Assembly (NCBI GenBank): GCA_013239625.1
Contig: MU053933.1
Span: 746,001 to 810,000 of the forward strand
Source: Lama guanicoe
Lineage: Eukaryota
Length of the DNA: 64,000 bases
Direction: 5' to 3'
The first letter of the stretch is position 1, and every line of letters starts with the position of its first letter. This document shows, one piece after another, positions 47,554-60,376 of this stretch. The notes beneath the pieces were generated by a model that was not told the DNA's origin, did no database searches, and saw only the letters and a program-made list of their open reading frames with translations. The translations under genes and the position numbers were made by a program.

Positions 47554-50500
47554 ATGGCAATAAACACACATCTATCATTAATTACCATAAATGTTAATGG
47601 ACTAAATGCTCCAGTCAAAAGACATAGAGTGGCAGACTGAATAATAAAGCAAGAACCTTCAGTAGGCTGCATACAAGAGACCCACTTTAGGGAGAAGGAC
47701 ACATATAAATTGAGAGTGAAAGGATGGGAAAGATATTTCGTGCAACTGGAAAAGTCAAAAAAGCAGGTGTTGCAGTACTGATTTCAGACAAACTAGACTT
47801 TAAAACAAAGGCGATAAAGAAAGATAAAGAAGGACATTTTATAATGATTAAAGGAGTGATACAAGATGAGGATATTACACTCATTAATATATATGCACCC
47901 AATATAGGAGCACCTAAATACATAAAACAATTACTAACAGAGATAAAGGGGGATATTGATGGGAATACAATCATATTTGGAGATTTTAACACTGCATTAA
48001 CATCACTAGACAGATCTTCCAGACAGAAAATAAATAAGGCAACAGAGAAACTAAATAATACAATAGCAAAATTAGATTTGGTGGATATTTTCAGAGCATT
48101 ACACCCCCCAAAAATAGGACATACATTCTTTTCAAGTGCACATGGGACATTTTCTAGGATTGATCATGTACTTGGGTACAAAAGAAGCTTCAACAATTTT
48201 AAGAAAATAGAAATTATCTCAAGCATCTTTACTGACCACAATGCCATGAAACTAGAAATCAACAACAGAGAAACAAAGGAGAAAAAAAGGAAAGCATGGA
48301 GATTAAACAATATGCTATTAAAACACCAATTGGTCAATGAGGAAATCAAAGCTGAAATTAAAAAATACCTTGAGACAAATGACAATGAAAGCACAACCAC
48401 ACAAAATTTATGGGACACGGCGAAGGCAGTGCTAAGAGGGAAGCTTATAGCAATACAGGCTTTCCTCAAAAAAGAAGAACAATCTCAAATAAACAATTTA
48501 ACCCACCAACTAGAAGAACTAGAAAAAGAAGAGCAAAAAACCCCAAAAGGCAGGAGAAGGAAGGAAATTATAAAGATCGGGGAGGAAATAAATAAAATAG
48601 AGTTTTAAAAAACCATAGAAAAAAATCAATCAAACCAAAAGCTGGTTTTTTGAAAAAGTAAATAAAATCGACAAACCTCTGGCCAAACTCACAAAGAAGA
48701 AAAAAGAGAGAGCACAAACTAGCAAAATAAGAAAGGAAAATGGAGAAATTACAACAAATAAAATAGAAATACAGAATATCATATGAGAATATTATGAAAA
48801 ACTATATGGAACCAAACTAGATAACCTAGAAGAGATGGACAAGTTCCTGGAAACATACAGTCCACCAAGACTGAATCAAGAAGAAACTGACCACTTGAAC
48901 AAACCGATCACTAGAAGTGAAGTCAAAATAGCAATAAAAAAAACCTCCCTACAAATAGAAGTCCAGGACCGGATGGCTTCACTGGGGCATTCTACCAAAC
49001 ATACAAAGAAGAACTCATACCAGTCCTTCTCAAACTCTTCCAGAAAACTGAAAAGGAGAGAAAACTCCCAAACTCATTCTATGAAGCCACCATCACCCTG
49101 ATACCAAAACCAGGCAAAGACACTACAAAAAAAGAGAATTATAGGCCAATATCACTGATGAACATAGACGCCAAAATCCTCACCAAAATATTAGCAAATA
49201 GAATCCAACAATATATAAAAAAGATTATACATCATGATCAGGTGGGTTCATCCCAGGGACACAAGGGTAGTTCAACATAGACAAATCAATCAATGTAATA
49301 CATCACATCAACAAGAGAAAGGACAAAAACCACATGATCATCTCAATCGATGCAGAAAAAGCATTTGATAAAATTCAACACCCACTTATGATAACAACTC
49401 TCACCAAAGTGGGTATAGAGGGAACATATCTCAACATCATAAAAGCTATATATGACAAACCTACAGCCAGCATAGTGTTCAACGGTGAAAAACTCAAAAG
49501 CTTCCCACTAAAATCTGGGACAAGACAAGGCTGCCCACTATCACCACTCCTATTCAACATCATCTTGGAAGTCCTAGCCACAGCAATCAGGCAAGAGAGA
49601 GAAGTAAAAGGGATCCAAACTGGAAAAGAAGAGGTAAAAGTGTCACTATATGCCGACGACATGTTACTATATATAGAAGACCCTAAAAGGTCCACACAAA
49701 AACTATTAGAGCTGATCAAAGAATTCAGCAATGTAGCAGGTTACAAGATTAATGTTCAAAAATCAGTTGCATTTCTTTAAACTAATGATGAATCAACAGA
49801 AAAAGAAAGTAAAGAAACAATCCCCTTTAAAATAGCACCCAAAGTAATAAAATACCTAGAAATAAACCTAACCAAGGAAGTGAAAAGATTATACACAGAA
49901 AACTATAAACCATTGATGAAGGAAATCAAAGAAGACTTTAAAAAACGGAAAGATACCCCATGCTCTTGGATTGGAAGAATCAATATTGTTAAAATGGTCA
50001 CACTGCCCAAGGCAATCTACAGATTTAATGCAATCCCTATCAATTTACCCAGGACATATTTCACAGAACTAGAACAAAGCATAATAAAATTTATATGGTA
50101 CCATCAAAGACCTAGAATTGCCAAAGCATCACTGAAGAGAAAGAAAGAGGCTGGAGGAATAACTCTCCCAGACTTCAGACAATAGTATAGAGCTACAGTC
50201 ATCAAGACAGCATGGTATTGGTACAAAAACAGACATATAGACCAATGGAACAGAATAGAGAGCCCAGAAATGAACCCACAAACTTTTGGTCAACTAATCT
50301 TCGACAAAGGAGGCAAGAATATACAATGGAATAAAGACAGTTTCTTCAGCAAATGGTGTTGGGAAAACTGGACAGCAGCATGTAAAGCAATGAAGCTAGA
50401 ACATTCGCTTACACCATAGACAAAAATCAACTTAAACATAAGACAAGATACAATAAACCTCCCAGAAGAAAATATAGGCAAAACATTATCTGACATACAT

Positions 50501-51347
50501 CTCAAAAATGTTCTCCTAGAACAGTCTACTCAAGCAATAGAAATAAAAGCAATAAACAAATGGGACCTAATGAAACTTACAAGCTTCTGCACAGCAAAGG
50601 AAACCATAAGTAAAACAAAACGACAACCTACAGAATGGGAGAACATTTTTGCAAATGAAACCAACAAAGGCTTGATCCCCAGAATATACAAGCAGCTCAC
50701 ACAACTTAATAAGAAACAACCAAACAACCCAATCCAAAAATGGGCAAAAGACCTAAACAAGCAATTCTCCAAGGAAGACATACAAATGATCAATAGGCAG
50801 ATGAAAAAATGCTCAATATCACTAATTATCAGAGAAATGCAATGCAAAACTACACTGAGGTATCACCTCACACCAGTCAGAATGGCCATCATTCAAAAGT
50901 CCACAAATGACAAATGCTGGAGAGGCTGTGGAGAAGAGAACCTTCCTACACTGCTGGTGGGAATGCAGTTTGGTGCAGCCACTGTGGAAAACAGTGTGGA
51001 GACTCCTCAGAAGACTAGGAATAGACTTACCATGTGACCCAGGAATCCCACTCCTGGGAATATATCTGGAAGGAACTCTACTTCAGGATGACACCTGCAC
51101 CCCAATGTTCATAGCAGCATTATTTACAATAGCCAAGACATGGAGACAGCTTAAATGTCCATCAACGGATGACTGGATAAAGAAGAGGTGGTATATTTAT
51201 ACAATGGAATACTACTCAGCTATAATAACTGACTACATAACACCATTTGCAGCAACATGGATGCTCCTGGAGAATGTCATTCTAAGTGAAGTAAACCAGA
51301 AAGAGAAAGAAAAATACCATGTGAGATCGCTCATATGTGGAATCTAA
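47554..51347 (+). pseudogene. L1 ORF2p (endonuclease/reverse transcriptase), disrupted
   Basis: [42 protein letters not shown] and YADD motifs; multiple stops and frameshifts, first TGA at 47638-47640. Confidence 0.95.
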
Positions 51348-53699
51348 AAAACAAAAACAAAAACAAACAAACAAAGCAAAAATACTAAACAGAAACAGAC
51401 TCATAGACATAGAATACAAACTTGTGGTTGCCAAGGGGGCAGAGGGTGGGAAGGGATAGACGGGATTTCAAAATTGTAGAATAGATAAACAAGATTATAC
51501 TGTATAGCACAGGGAAATGTACACAAGATCTTATGGTAGATCACAGAGAAAAAAATGTGACAATGAATATATATATGTTCATGTATAACTGAAAAATTGT
51601 GCTCTAAACTGGAATTTGACACAACATTATAAAATGATTATAAATCAATAAAAATGTTGAAAAAAATAAGTAGTTGGAACATTAGAAGATTACAGTTAAT
51701 CAAAGAAAAACCAGACATTCTCAAGTTAATGAATTTAGCACTTGTCTATGTGTGGGAAGATGCAAGAGTCAGGGCTCTTTGAGACCATTCCTTTGATCTG
51801 CACCTTAGCTCTCTAGGGCCAGTGTCTTGTTTTTCTCCATCCTGAATCCCCTCCCATCTGGGTGCACAGTCGGGGGTGGCTGCAGTGGCTGATGGCCTGA
51901 TGGCTGCAGCATCCTTTATTTACTGGTATGGCAGGGACATTCTTCATCCACAAGGCAAATCTGATAAAAGAACGTGCAAGACCCGTATCCTGCAGCTGTA
52001 ACACACAGCTCAGGGAAATTTAAAAACACCTAACTAAATGGATAAATATGCCATATTCATAGGTTGTTAGACTCTGTATTGGCAAAAATGTCAGCTCTCC
52101 CCAGACGGTTCTATAGGGTGGATGCAGTCCCAATCGGGGGGCCAGCGGGGCTCTTATATGTGGGTGTAGAAATTGACAAGCTGATCCTAAGACCCCTGAA
52201 AATGTGAAGGACCCAGAACCTCCAAAGCAACTTTGATAAAGAAAAACAGAGTCGAAGGACTTACGCTGCCTGACTTCAAGATAGATTATAAAGCTGTGCT
52301 AATTCCGATAGCTTGTTGGCACCCGATCAGACAAATAGAGTAACAGAACAAAACAGCTAGTCCAAAAATTACTCACACATACATGGAAAGCTGACCTTTC
52401 ACAAAAATATAAGGCAATCCATTGGAGAAAATGTAGTCTTTTCAACAAATGGTGCTGAAAAAATTGAATATCCATATGGGAAAAGATAAACTTCAATCCG
52501 TAGTTTATTCAAAATTGCCAAAAACTGGAAACAGCCCAAATGTCCATCCACATGGGAACAGATAAGCAAAAAGTCGTCTCTGCAGACAATGAAACACTGC
52601 TTGCCCAGCAGCAGAAAGAACACTGATAAGCACAATGATATGAATGAAAAGATTACGCTGAATAAAGAAGCCAAGTCAGTGTAACACTGCGTGATTTCAC
52701 TTACATAAAACTTTGGAAAAGATTCACCTCGTCTATGGACAGAAAGCAGAACAGTGTCTGTGGGGGCTGCAGGAACAGGCGTGAGACCTTTCCGGGGTCA
52801 CGGAAGTGTTCTGTATCCCCACTGCAGGGGGGCCACGTGGTTGTATATATTTCTCAAAGCTCATCGAGCTATTCACTTAAAACGGGTGTATTTTATTTTC
52901 TGTAAGGAGGAAGGTTAATATAAACTATTTTTAGTTTACAAAAATGAAATTGGGATACACTTTGGGGGAAGGGCTTGCAGTCAGAGCACCTCAGGGCTAA
53001 CCCTGGGCCGAGCAGACCGCGGGTCTCGTGACAGCCCGGGACCTCCCTCTCGGCAAGGCGCAGAGAGGTTGCTGCTCCCTGAACCCACAGCCCACAGACA
53101 GCCGGCCTTGATGCTGCTTGCGCAGTGGGTCTCTGTGTTGGCTATAGCACTGGAATGATTTTCTCTGCTTCTGAGTTGTCTCTTCGGAGCCGCAGTTGGG
53201 AGCGACATCATTTCCACACGCCCACAACGCAAGAACCAGATTTTGAAATGGCACCAGGAGTCTGGTTATAATTACCCCGTCTCCAGGCTCCTTATTCCAC
53301 CTTCGGCCCGCCCTCAGCAGCCCCTTGGCCCCGACCCACCCCTTCCTCTCCAGCCCCACCTGCACACAGCTCCCTGCACTCTGTGCTTCTGCTTCTTCTG
53401 CAGATTCCATCCTCACCCCAGTCCACGGAGGCAGCACCCCTTCCCCTCCCCTTCCTCTCCCCTTCCCCTCCCTTCTCTCCCCCTCTTTACCCTCCCTTCC
53501 TTTCTCCTCCACTCCTCCCCCCGCCCTCCCCCAAGGAAACCAGCCAACCTCTGCTGTAAATGCTGCCAACATCTGCGGCTGGGGAAGCCACCTCGTGACC
53601 TGATGCCTGTTCTGCATGGGACCCACCCACCGCCTCTCACCACTCGAGCCCCAGAAGAGAGCCGACAGCAGCAGAGCCCAGGCAATGAGGCGCAAGTCC

Positions 53700-54180
53700 T
53701 TTCCGGGAGGAGACGACACCCCCAGGGAGAGAAGTGCAGAGCCTGGGGCAACGTGGGAGTGGATTCCAGGACTACTAGACCAGACGGGTGGGGGAAAAGT
53801 CTAGACGAGGCTGAAATTTTTGACATAGGTGCCCTCACGTGGGATTTACATTTGGCTTAAGCCCTGAGAGGGTGGTTAATGATCTAACAGGTTGACTAAT
53901 TGAAGCTGGAATGAGGATGGTTTAGAATTAACCAGGTAAAACTGCTTGAACTCCCTGGTCTGCTGTACAGGACCAAGATCAAAGGCTCGGGAAACAGAAC
54001 TGTAGAAAAAGATGTACTGTTTGCAACTGACTCGGCCACCCCCTAATCACAGCCCCCTCCCGGGATCAGGCTAGAGGACACTGCATTGGTGAGTCCTCAA
54101 GGAGCTCTGCGGGGCTGTCCTCCCCAGGCTGGGGGTGAGGTTGGGGGCACGGCCCTGGCCCTAAATTCCCCATCTTAGTG
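53700..54180 (+). mobile_element. Decayed ERVL internal fragment
   Basis: GAGGCTGAAATTTTTGACATAGGTGCCCTC and GAACTCCCTGGT...GATCAAAGGCTCGGGAA resemble ERVL-int. Confidence 0.45.
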
Positions 54181-54879
54181 GGAAGAATGGGATCCCAGAG
54201 AGGGAGCAGCTCCCAGCCGTGACGGCTGAGGCACGGAGACAGCAAGGCAGCCGTGTTGCTGGCTCCTTGCTTGTGGGGTCCCTGGACCAGGAGGAGATGC
54301 CCTACGAAGTGCTGACTGGCGGTTTAAGGCGGGGAAATGCCAGGTCTGCAGCCAAGGAACCTGGCTGTCAGCTGCTGCCCTATTCCCAGACCTAAGCCAG
54401 TTCCCCACACTTCCCAAGATGTCCTTTTTAACGTGCGCCCTTGAACCACCCTGTTTTGAGAGAGCCATTTGTTTCCTGCTGGGATTGGTCCGAGGGGACA
54501 GTGCACTCACGGGCTTTTCATGTCAGTGGGGGTGACATGCAATTATACAAAAATTCATCAGGGAGGTGTCCTTTCCAGGAGGTAAGTTGTACAAAGAGAA
54601 GTCACACAAAGTTGTCTGGTTACCATAGAAACCAAAGTTCAAAGAAAATAGTGAAAAATAGGGCTTGATTTAGACTCTGTTTTGATAAACTAAAAATTAT
54701 GAACAGAGGTTAGTTTTACCTGGTATTTACCAAAAGGCAACTCATGCAGAATTGCAGCTCTGCTCAAATTCTTGGAATAAAGAACTTCTGTCCGGCTTGT
54801 CTGCAGACCAGAGACTCCCGGGACCTCCTCCTTCCGGAGAGCTAGTCGTCCCCTAAAAGGTAAGACAACTGGGGGCGCC

Positions 54880-55711
54880 TTTTGTTCTAGTATTTGGCCT
54901 TTGACCCTGGTTTCTGACACAGAGCTCCTAAGTCCCTTGGCATTTCCTGGGTGGCGGGAGGGTCTTTTAATGAGGTGACTCTGGTGGTGGAGGGGGAGGT
55001 TCCTGGGTGGGGGCTGGTCGCCAGAAAGACCAAGCTGTGATCAGAAGCTTGGAATTTTCAGCTCCCACCCCCCGCCATTTTCCAGAGACAGGAGAAGGGC
55101 TGGAAATGGAGTTAATAATTGGTCGTGCCTACATGAGGAAGCTGCCATAAAGTTCCAACAGTATGAGGTTTGGAGAGCTTCCAGGGTGGTGGATGCATCC
55201 ACATGCCTGGAGGGTGACGCAGCCCAGGTCCATGGGCACAGAAGACCCTGCACGCAGGGCCCTCCCAGACCTCACCCCCTGCTTCTCTTCATCTGAGTGT
55301 TTCTCCGTTTCCCTTATAACCTCTTTCATAAACTGTGAACTGTGAGTGCTTCCCTTAATTCTGTGAGCTCTTCTTGCGAAAAAATTGCATCCAAAAGGGA
55401 GGAGTTCCCAGCAACCTCTGATTTGCAGACAAGTCTGACAGAAGTTGTAGGTCACCTGGGGACTTGCTGCTTGTCATTGGCATTGAAGTAGGGGGCAGTC
55501 TCGTGGGACTGAGGCCTCAGCCAGTGGGATCTGACGCTATCTCCAGATGGCTAGTGTCAGAATTGGGTTAAATTGTAGGACACCCAGCTGGTGTCACAGA
55601 GGTGCTTGATGTAGGGGAAGATCCCCATCCATCCGTGTCAGGAGTGTTGTGAGTGTGGCAGTCATGGGGGAGCACAGGAGAGACACAGGAGGTAGGCGGA
55701 GTGTTTCCTAA
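54880..55711 (+). mobile_element. MER21-like LTR
   Basis: TTTCTGACACAGAGCTCCTAAGTCCCTTGG, CCAGAAAGACCAAG, GGGGGCAGTCTCGTGGGACTGAG and TAGGACACCCAGCTGGTGTC. Confidence 0.85.
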
Positions 55712-55842
55712 CACGGGTGGCTAGGGGCACACATGGGTGTGGTGGGGGCGCTGGGGGACCAAGGTTCCAGGCAGAGGGTTCGGCGTGTGCAAAGGGGAGA
55801 AGAGGGGTGCTCAGGCTCCAGTCTGCAAGGTACCTTAGGGGC

Positions 55843-57163
55843 ATTTGTTAATGAGCAGTAACAGTTTGAAAGGAATCTTTTTCTGAGCAGCAGTGGGCTT
55901 AAAATACTCAGTCAACTATGTTGTTAACAGATACACTGTCATCCAGGCTTTGTTCCATTTCTAGGGCACAGGCAGAGTAGATTTAGCATCTTTCTTAAGG
56001 GCCCTAGGTTGTTCAAAACGTAAATGAGCATTGGCTTTAAGTCACCAGCTGCATTAGCCCCTAATGAAAGAGTCAGCCTGTCCTTTGAAGCTTTGAAGCC
56101 AGGTGCTGACTTCTCCTCTCCAGCTATGAAACCTCGAGATGGCGTCTTCTTCCAGTGCAAGGCTGTTTCATCTGCTCTGAGAACGTGTTGTTCAGTGCAG
56201 CTGCCTCCATGAATGACCTGAGCTGGAGCTTCTGGATAATTTGCTGCAACTTCTACATCAGCACCTGCTGCCTCACCTTGTGCTTCGATGTCACGGAGAT
56301 AGTTTCTTTCCTTCGGCCTCAGGAATCAACCCCTGCAAGCTTCAGATATCTCTTCTGCAGCTTCCTCACCTCTCTCAGCCTTCTTCGACTCGAGGAGAGT
56401 TGGGCCTTGCTCTGGACGAGGCTTTGACTTAAGGAAATACTGCTGCTGGTTTGACCTTCTGTCCAGACTCTGACGCTTTCTCACACCAGCAATCAGCTTG
56501 CTTTGCTTTCTCATCCTCCATGTGGCCACTAGAGCAGTGCTTTCATTTCCTGCAAGAACTTCTTGTCATTCACGGCTTGGCTAACTGCTGGATGCAAGAG
56601 GCCTAGATTTTGGCCTGAGAAATTTCAGCTTTCTACAAGCCTTCCTCACTGACTTTAGTCATTTCTAGATTTTGATTCAAAGTGAGAGACAAGTGACTCT
56701 TTTGTCACTTGAACACTTAGGGGCCATTGTAGGGTTATTAAGTGACCTAATTTCAACATTGTTGTGTCTCAGGCAATGGGGAAGCCGGAGGAGAGGGAGA
56801 GAGATGGGGGAACGGTTGGTGGGTGGAGCAGTCAGAACACATGACACGGATCTATTAAATTCTCGTCTTATATGGGTGCAGTTCATGGTGGCCCCAAAAC
56901 AACGGCAGCAGTCACATCACAGATCACAGATCACAGATCACAGATCACAGATCACCGCCACAAATAGAAAAGTCACGAGAAAGTTGGAAATACTGTGAGA
57001 ATTACCAAAATGTGCCGCAGAGATGAAGTGAGCAAACGCCGTTGGAAAAAACGGAGCCGATAGCCTCGCTCGATGCAGGGTTGCCCCAAATCTTCCATTT
57101 ATGAAAAATGCAGTCGTCTGCAAAGTACGATGAAGCCAAGCACAATGAACCAAGGTGCACCTG
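55843..57163 (-). mobile_element. Tigger1 DNA transposon, 5' half with decayed transposase
   Basis: ORF 55939-56160(-) WKKTPSRGFIAGEEKSAPGFKASKDRLTLSLGANAAGDLKPMLIY; terminal repeat remnant ending at ~57163. Confidence 0.92.
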
Positions 57164-57665
57164 CAAAGAACCTGACTGTGACCTAGGCATTAGCCCCCAG
57201 CCCCCAGAGACCTGAACAGTGTGCACACAGGCCAGTGCCAGACCTGTGGGCAGCCCAGCCCTCAGCCATCGCAGGGACCCCTGGCTGGCAGCCCCACGTC
57301 CACCCTGGGACGCTGAAGGCACAGGATGGACGGAGATGCCTCCTCCAGCAGCTGCTGGTGGTTTCTGACCCGGGCCTGAAACGTATTTCTCACACTGTGT
57401 TTGGTGAGAGTCGCGCACAGGAATCCTTATCTTCTAGGTGTTTTCCAAGCTCTCTGGAAGGAGACTCGAGCGAGGAACTTCAGAATGTAGTCACTCGACT
57501 AACGCAGCCGGAATCCATTTCCATCGGCCATCCTCTGCAGAGCTTCAGTCATGTGACATTTTTCTTTAACCCAGAAAACTCCACCAAAAAACAATGGCAA
57601 AATAACCTGGCAGCCCTTACGGGATTTGAACAGAGGCTATTCACAAACAAAGGATAATGAAGACA

Positions 57666-57671
57666 TTTATT
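57666..57671 (-). terminator. Candidate RSPH1 poly(A) signal AATAAA
   Basis: TTTATT on +, about 125 nt downstream of the RSPH1 stop. Confidence 0.6.
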
Positions 57672-57794
57672 TGCAGTCGTAAAACATTTTAGCAAACAAC
57701 TAAGTAAGAAAGGCTAGTGACAGATTTGTACCAGCTGCCCTGGCAACAGGCACGCCTTCCTCACACACTCTCCTCACGTTTTGGCTTCTTCATC

Positions 57795-57847
57795 TCAGTC
57801 TCGTAGATCTGAGGGCCTGTTTTCTTCTTCTTCAAAACTAACATTTC
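57795..57847 (-). CDS. RSPH1: RSPH1 last coding exon
   Basis: TTTTTCTTCCCAG| acceptor. (G)NVSFEEEENRPSDLRD then TGA; 53 nt. Confidence 0.92.
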
Positions 57848-58247
57848 CTGGGAAGAAAAAGGAAGCATGAGTGTATTAACTTTTTCTATTTAAAAATTCT
57901 TGATTTGCTAACAGAACTTTTGCAATAAATAATATAAATATGAAACATTTATCCGGCAAAAAAAAGGGAATGTTAAATTTTATCTTATAAAGACTTTTAT
58001 AATTTTTCTCTTGCTACTCAGTAGTAAACTAAGCAAAAGAGATATTCAGGGTAAATGCTAAGACAAGAACATCCGTGTAAGTGACAGTAAAATCAATCAG
58101 TATCTTTCGCATGCACACGCTACAAATACAGCTTGCATTATGAGTGAAAGATGCCATTTTGGGGGGCCCCTCAGTTAACAAAAAGAAAAGCAGGAATTTG
58201 CTACAGTTTCATAAGATGCCTTTTAAAAAGTGTCATGACACTTAGAA

Positions 58248-58480
58248 TTATTTAAATTATTTAAATTTAAATTTTTTTAAATTATTTTAAGTTATTTGAA
58301 TAATAAATATTATTTATTTAAAATAATTTAATTATATAATAAATAAACATTGTTTATTTAAAATTAAATTATTTATTATTTATTTAAATTATATGTATTT
58401 AAATAAGAAATCAGATTATTTGAAGAACTCATTCTTACTTATTTTAATAAGAAATTTTAAATTAGAATTATTTTTCATTG
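58248..58480. repeat. AT-rich low-complexity tract
   Basis: TTAAA/TTATT repeats, almost all A/T. Confidence 0.9.
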
Positions 58481-59650
58481 TTATGTAAACTCTCTAATTC
58501 TCTCTGCTGGCTGTGTTGAAGAAGGAATCAGTTGGGTGAACCTTCAATGGGAACCACAGTAAACAGGTCTTGAGTTTTTACTGTTTTGGTAAAATGTTTT
58601 ACTCACTGAGCCTGCTTTTTACTTAAGAACCTCCACGTACGGAGCCTCTCCGTGTGCAGTTTAAATGCTTAGACATCTGCCCACACAGAATCAGACGGGC
58701 ACTGTGCCCTCGAGGGGTCATTACCGTGGGCGTTATGCAGACAAGCGACGCGACACGGGGTAGGACGAGAGGTCACAACCGGTGAGGCCTGGGTTCCGCC
58801 CCGCCCACCACGGCCCCGCCCACTGCCGCCCCGCCTACCGCAACCCGGTGCATCTCTACGGACTTAGCATCCTTATTGCTCATGAAAGTCTAAGTTATTT
58901 CAATAGAAAACAGGTTTATGTGACTTCATTATTTAAGACCTTATTTGCAAGAGAATGGGAAATATATTTGCTCTTAAATTACAACAGAGACAGACTAAAC
59001 TGCTGGGACCCCAGGCCCGGCGACGCAGTCCGGGGCCATGTGACAGCAGGTGCGCTCGTAAGCCCCGGCTGCTCCCGGACCACGCTTTCCTCAGCCTCCA
59101 AGATCTCCTCTTTATACCAGGTTCGGAGAAGAGAAACCTCTTTGAGTTGCCCTGTGGTCCCCACATCACTTGGGGAAAGAGCTTTAAGGATTGCAGGAAG
59201 CTGAAGCCCCAGTCGGACAGAGTGGCCAGCTCCCTGCTCCAGGACCTGCAGAGGTGGAAGTTCCTAGATCAATCATATATTCAAATCCACTTATAGAGGG
59301 CTGGTTGCAACACTGTTGGACTCTCATTGTACCCCTGGGACTCAGCCAAAGTGAAAACCATGTCATAAAATATAGCCAAGGCATCAGTCTGCTGGACTCT
59401 GCAGCCTGAGGTCAGCTCTCGGGTGAAGTGGAGATTGGCAACCACAGGCTTCGCACCAATGTCCCCGCGCGCTGGGGAGGTGTGCAGGGCCCCTAGGAGG
59501 GCGCAACGTGCCCAGACTGGGTCCTCTGAGCCCTCCTGAGCCTCAGGCCTGGACCCAGAACGGCCTCGGTCAAAGGCGGAGAGCCCTGCGGCCCACCCCA
59601 GGGTGCGGGTGGCCTCCTCCCCTCCTTGCCTCAGGCCCCAAAGTGTTCAC

Positions 59651-59791
59651 CCTGGTCCAGGCTGTCATAGTGGAACTCCTCTCTCTCCTCCCTGGCGATG
59701 TCTCCCTCCTCCTCTCCGGGCCGCAGTGAGTCCATCTCCCCCTCTGAGAGGTCCGTCAGAGGCTGGGCCTCCTCCGCCGGCTCGCCCCTGC
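59651..59791 (-). CDS. RSPH1: RSPH1 coding exon, acidic C-terminal region
   Basis: CAG| and |GTGAAC sites, 141 nt. [47 protein letters not shown]; phase 1 to 1. Confidence 0.88.
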
Positions 59792-60376
59792 CTGGATGGA
59801 ACAGAGGGAGACAGTATCAGCAGGCGGGCCTCATAGAGCCCACCCCCTTCTCCCCCAGGAAACCACCCTCCCCACTTGGAGTTGCAGCTCCACACAGACT
59901 GGCATCTCAGCCCCCATCCCCATCCCAGTGATGGGTTCAGAGGTGGGCATCGTTGGTCTGACAACTCTAACTCCCAAGGGCTTCTCGCTTTTGTTTTATG
60001 TTAAGTGTACAGCATATACCCCAAGGGTTTAATGACCATATTGAGGAAGAGAAGCGCTCTGCTCCCCAGGGTTCTTGATCTGATTGGGTGACAATCTGAT
60101 AAAGTCAATAAGCTTTGGTCTCCCAAGGAAGGGGATGCTGGCAAGCAGAGCCAGAGCGCAGGAAAGCCGAGACCAGAGAGCGGAGGCCTGATCCAGCCAT
60201 GCCTGAGGCTGTCTCACCCCAACCACACCAGTTGTATGGCCCAATGAATTACTGTTAGCGTTAGTTCACAGAGGCCAGTTGGAGGTGGTCTTCAATCACT
60301 TGCCACCCAGCATCACCTGTGACACAGAGCCCGCTTCCCTGAGAGCCCCGCTCCCCCGGCCCCAGGGCGTCCATAC

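Larger units (their letters stand above)
46017..51669 (+). mobile_element. Near-full-length young LINE-1 (about 5.65 kb), inactivated
   Basis: CAAGATGG (YY1-type) 5' end; ORF1 46274-47176; ORF2 47554-51347; A tail. TSD core GTAGTTGGA at 46008-46016 and 51670-51678. Confidence 0.97.
45840..51952 (-). mobile_element. Solo LTR copy 3, split into 45840-46016 and 51670-51952 by the young L1
   Basis: Left part ends CCAGGTAGTTGGA and right part continues ACATTAGAAGATTACAGTTAATCAAAGAAAAACCAGAC, collinear with copy 2 at ~38515-38570. Confidence 0.88.
39500..52900 (+). mobile_element. Old fragmented L1 (5' region, ORF1, ORF2, 3'UTR remnants) hosting nested insertions
   Basis: Decayed ORF2 pieces: NIYAPNNRAS at ~42770, ILNKLFQKIEEKG at ~44910, and AACAAATGGTGCTG at ~52445. 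L1 collinearity resumes after each nested insert. Left boundary approximate. Confidence 0.8.

Noticed and set aside
46017..51669. Active, retrotransposition-competent L1
   Set aside because: Premature stops in ORF1 (46562) and ORF2 (47638 and others) plus frameshifts.
52997..53860. 240-aa and 205-aa overlapping ORFs as a novel intergenic gene
   Set aside because: They span a pyrimidine low-complexity tract and a probable ERVL remnant, with no domain or splice support.
55939..56529. Domesticated TIGD1-like gene
   Set aside because: The transposase is fragmented by stops and frameshifts and the element is truncated; an ordinary Tigger1 fossil.
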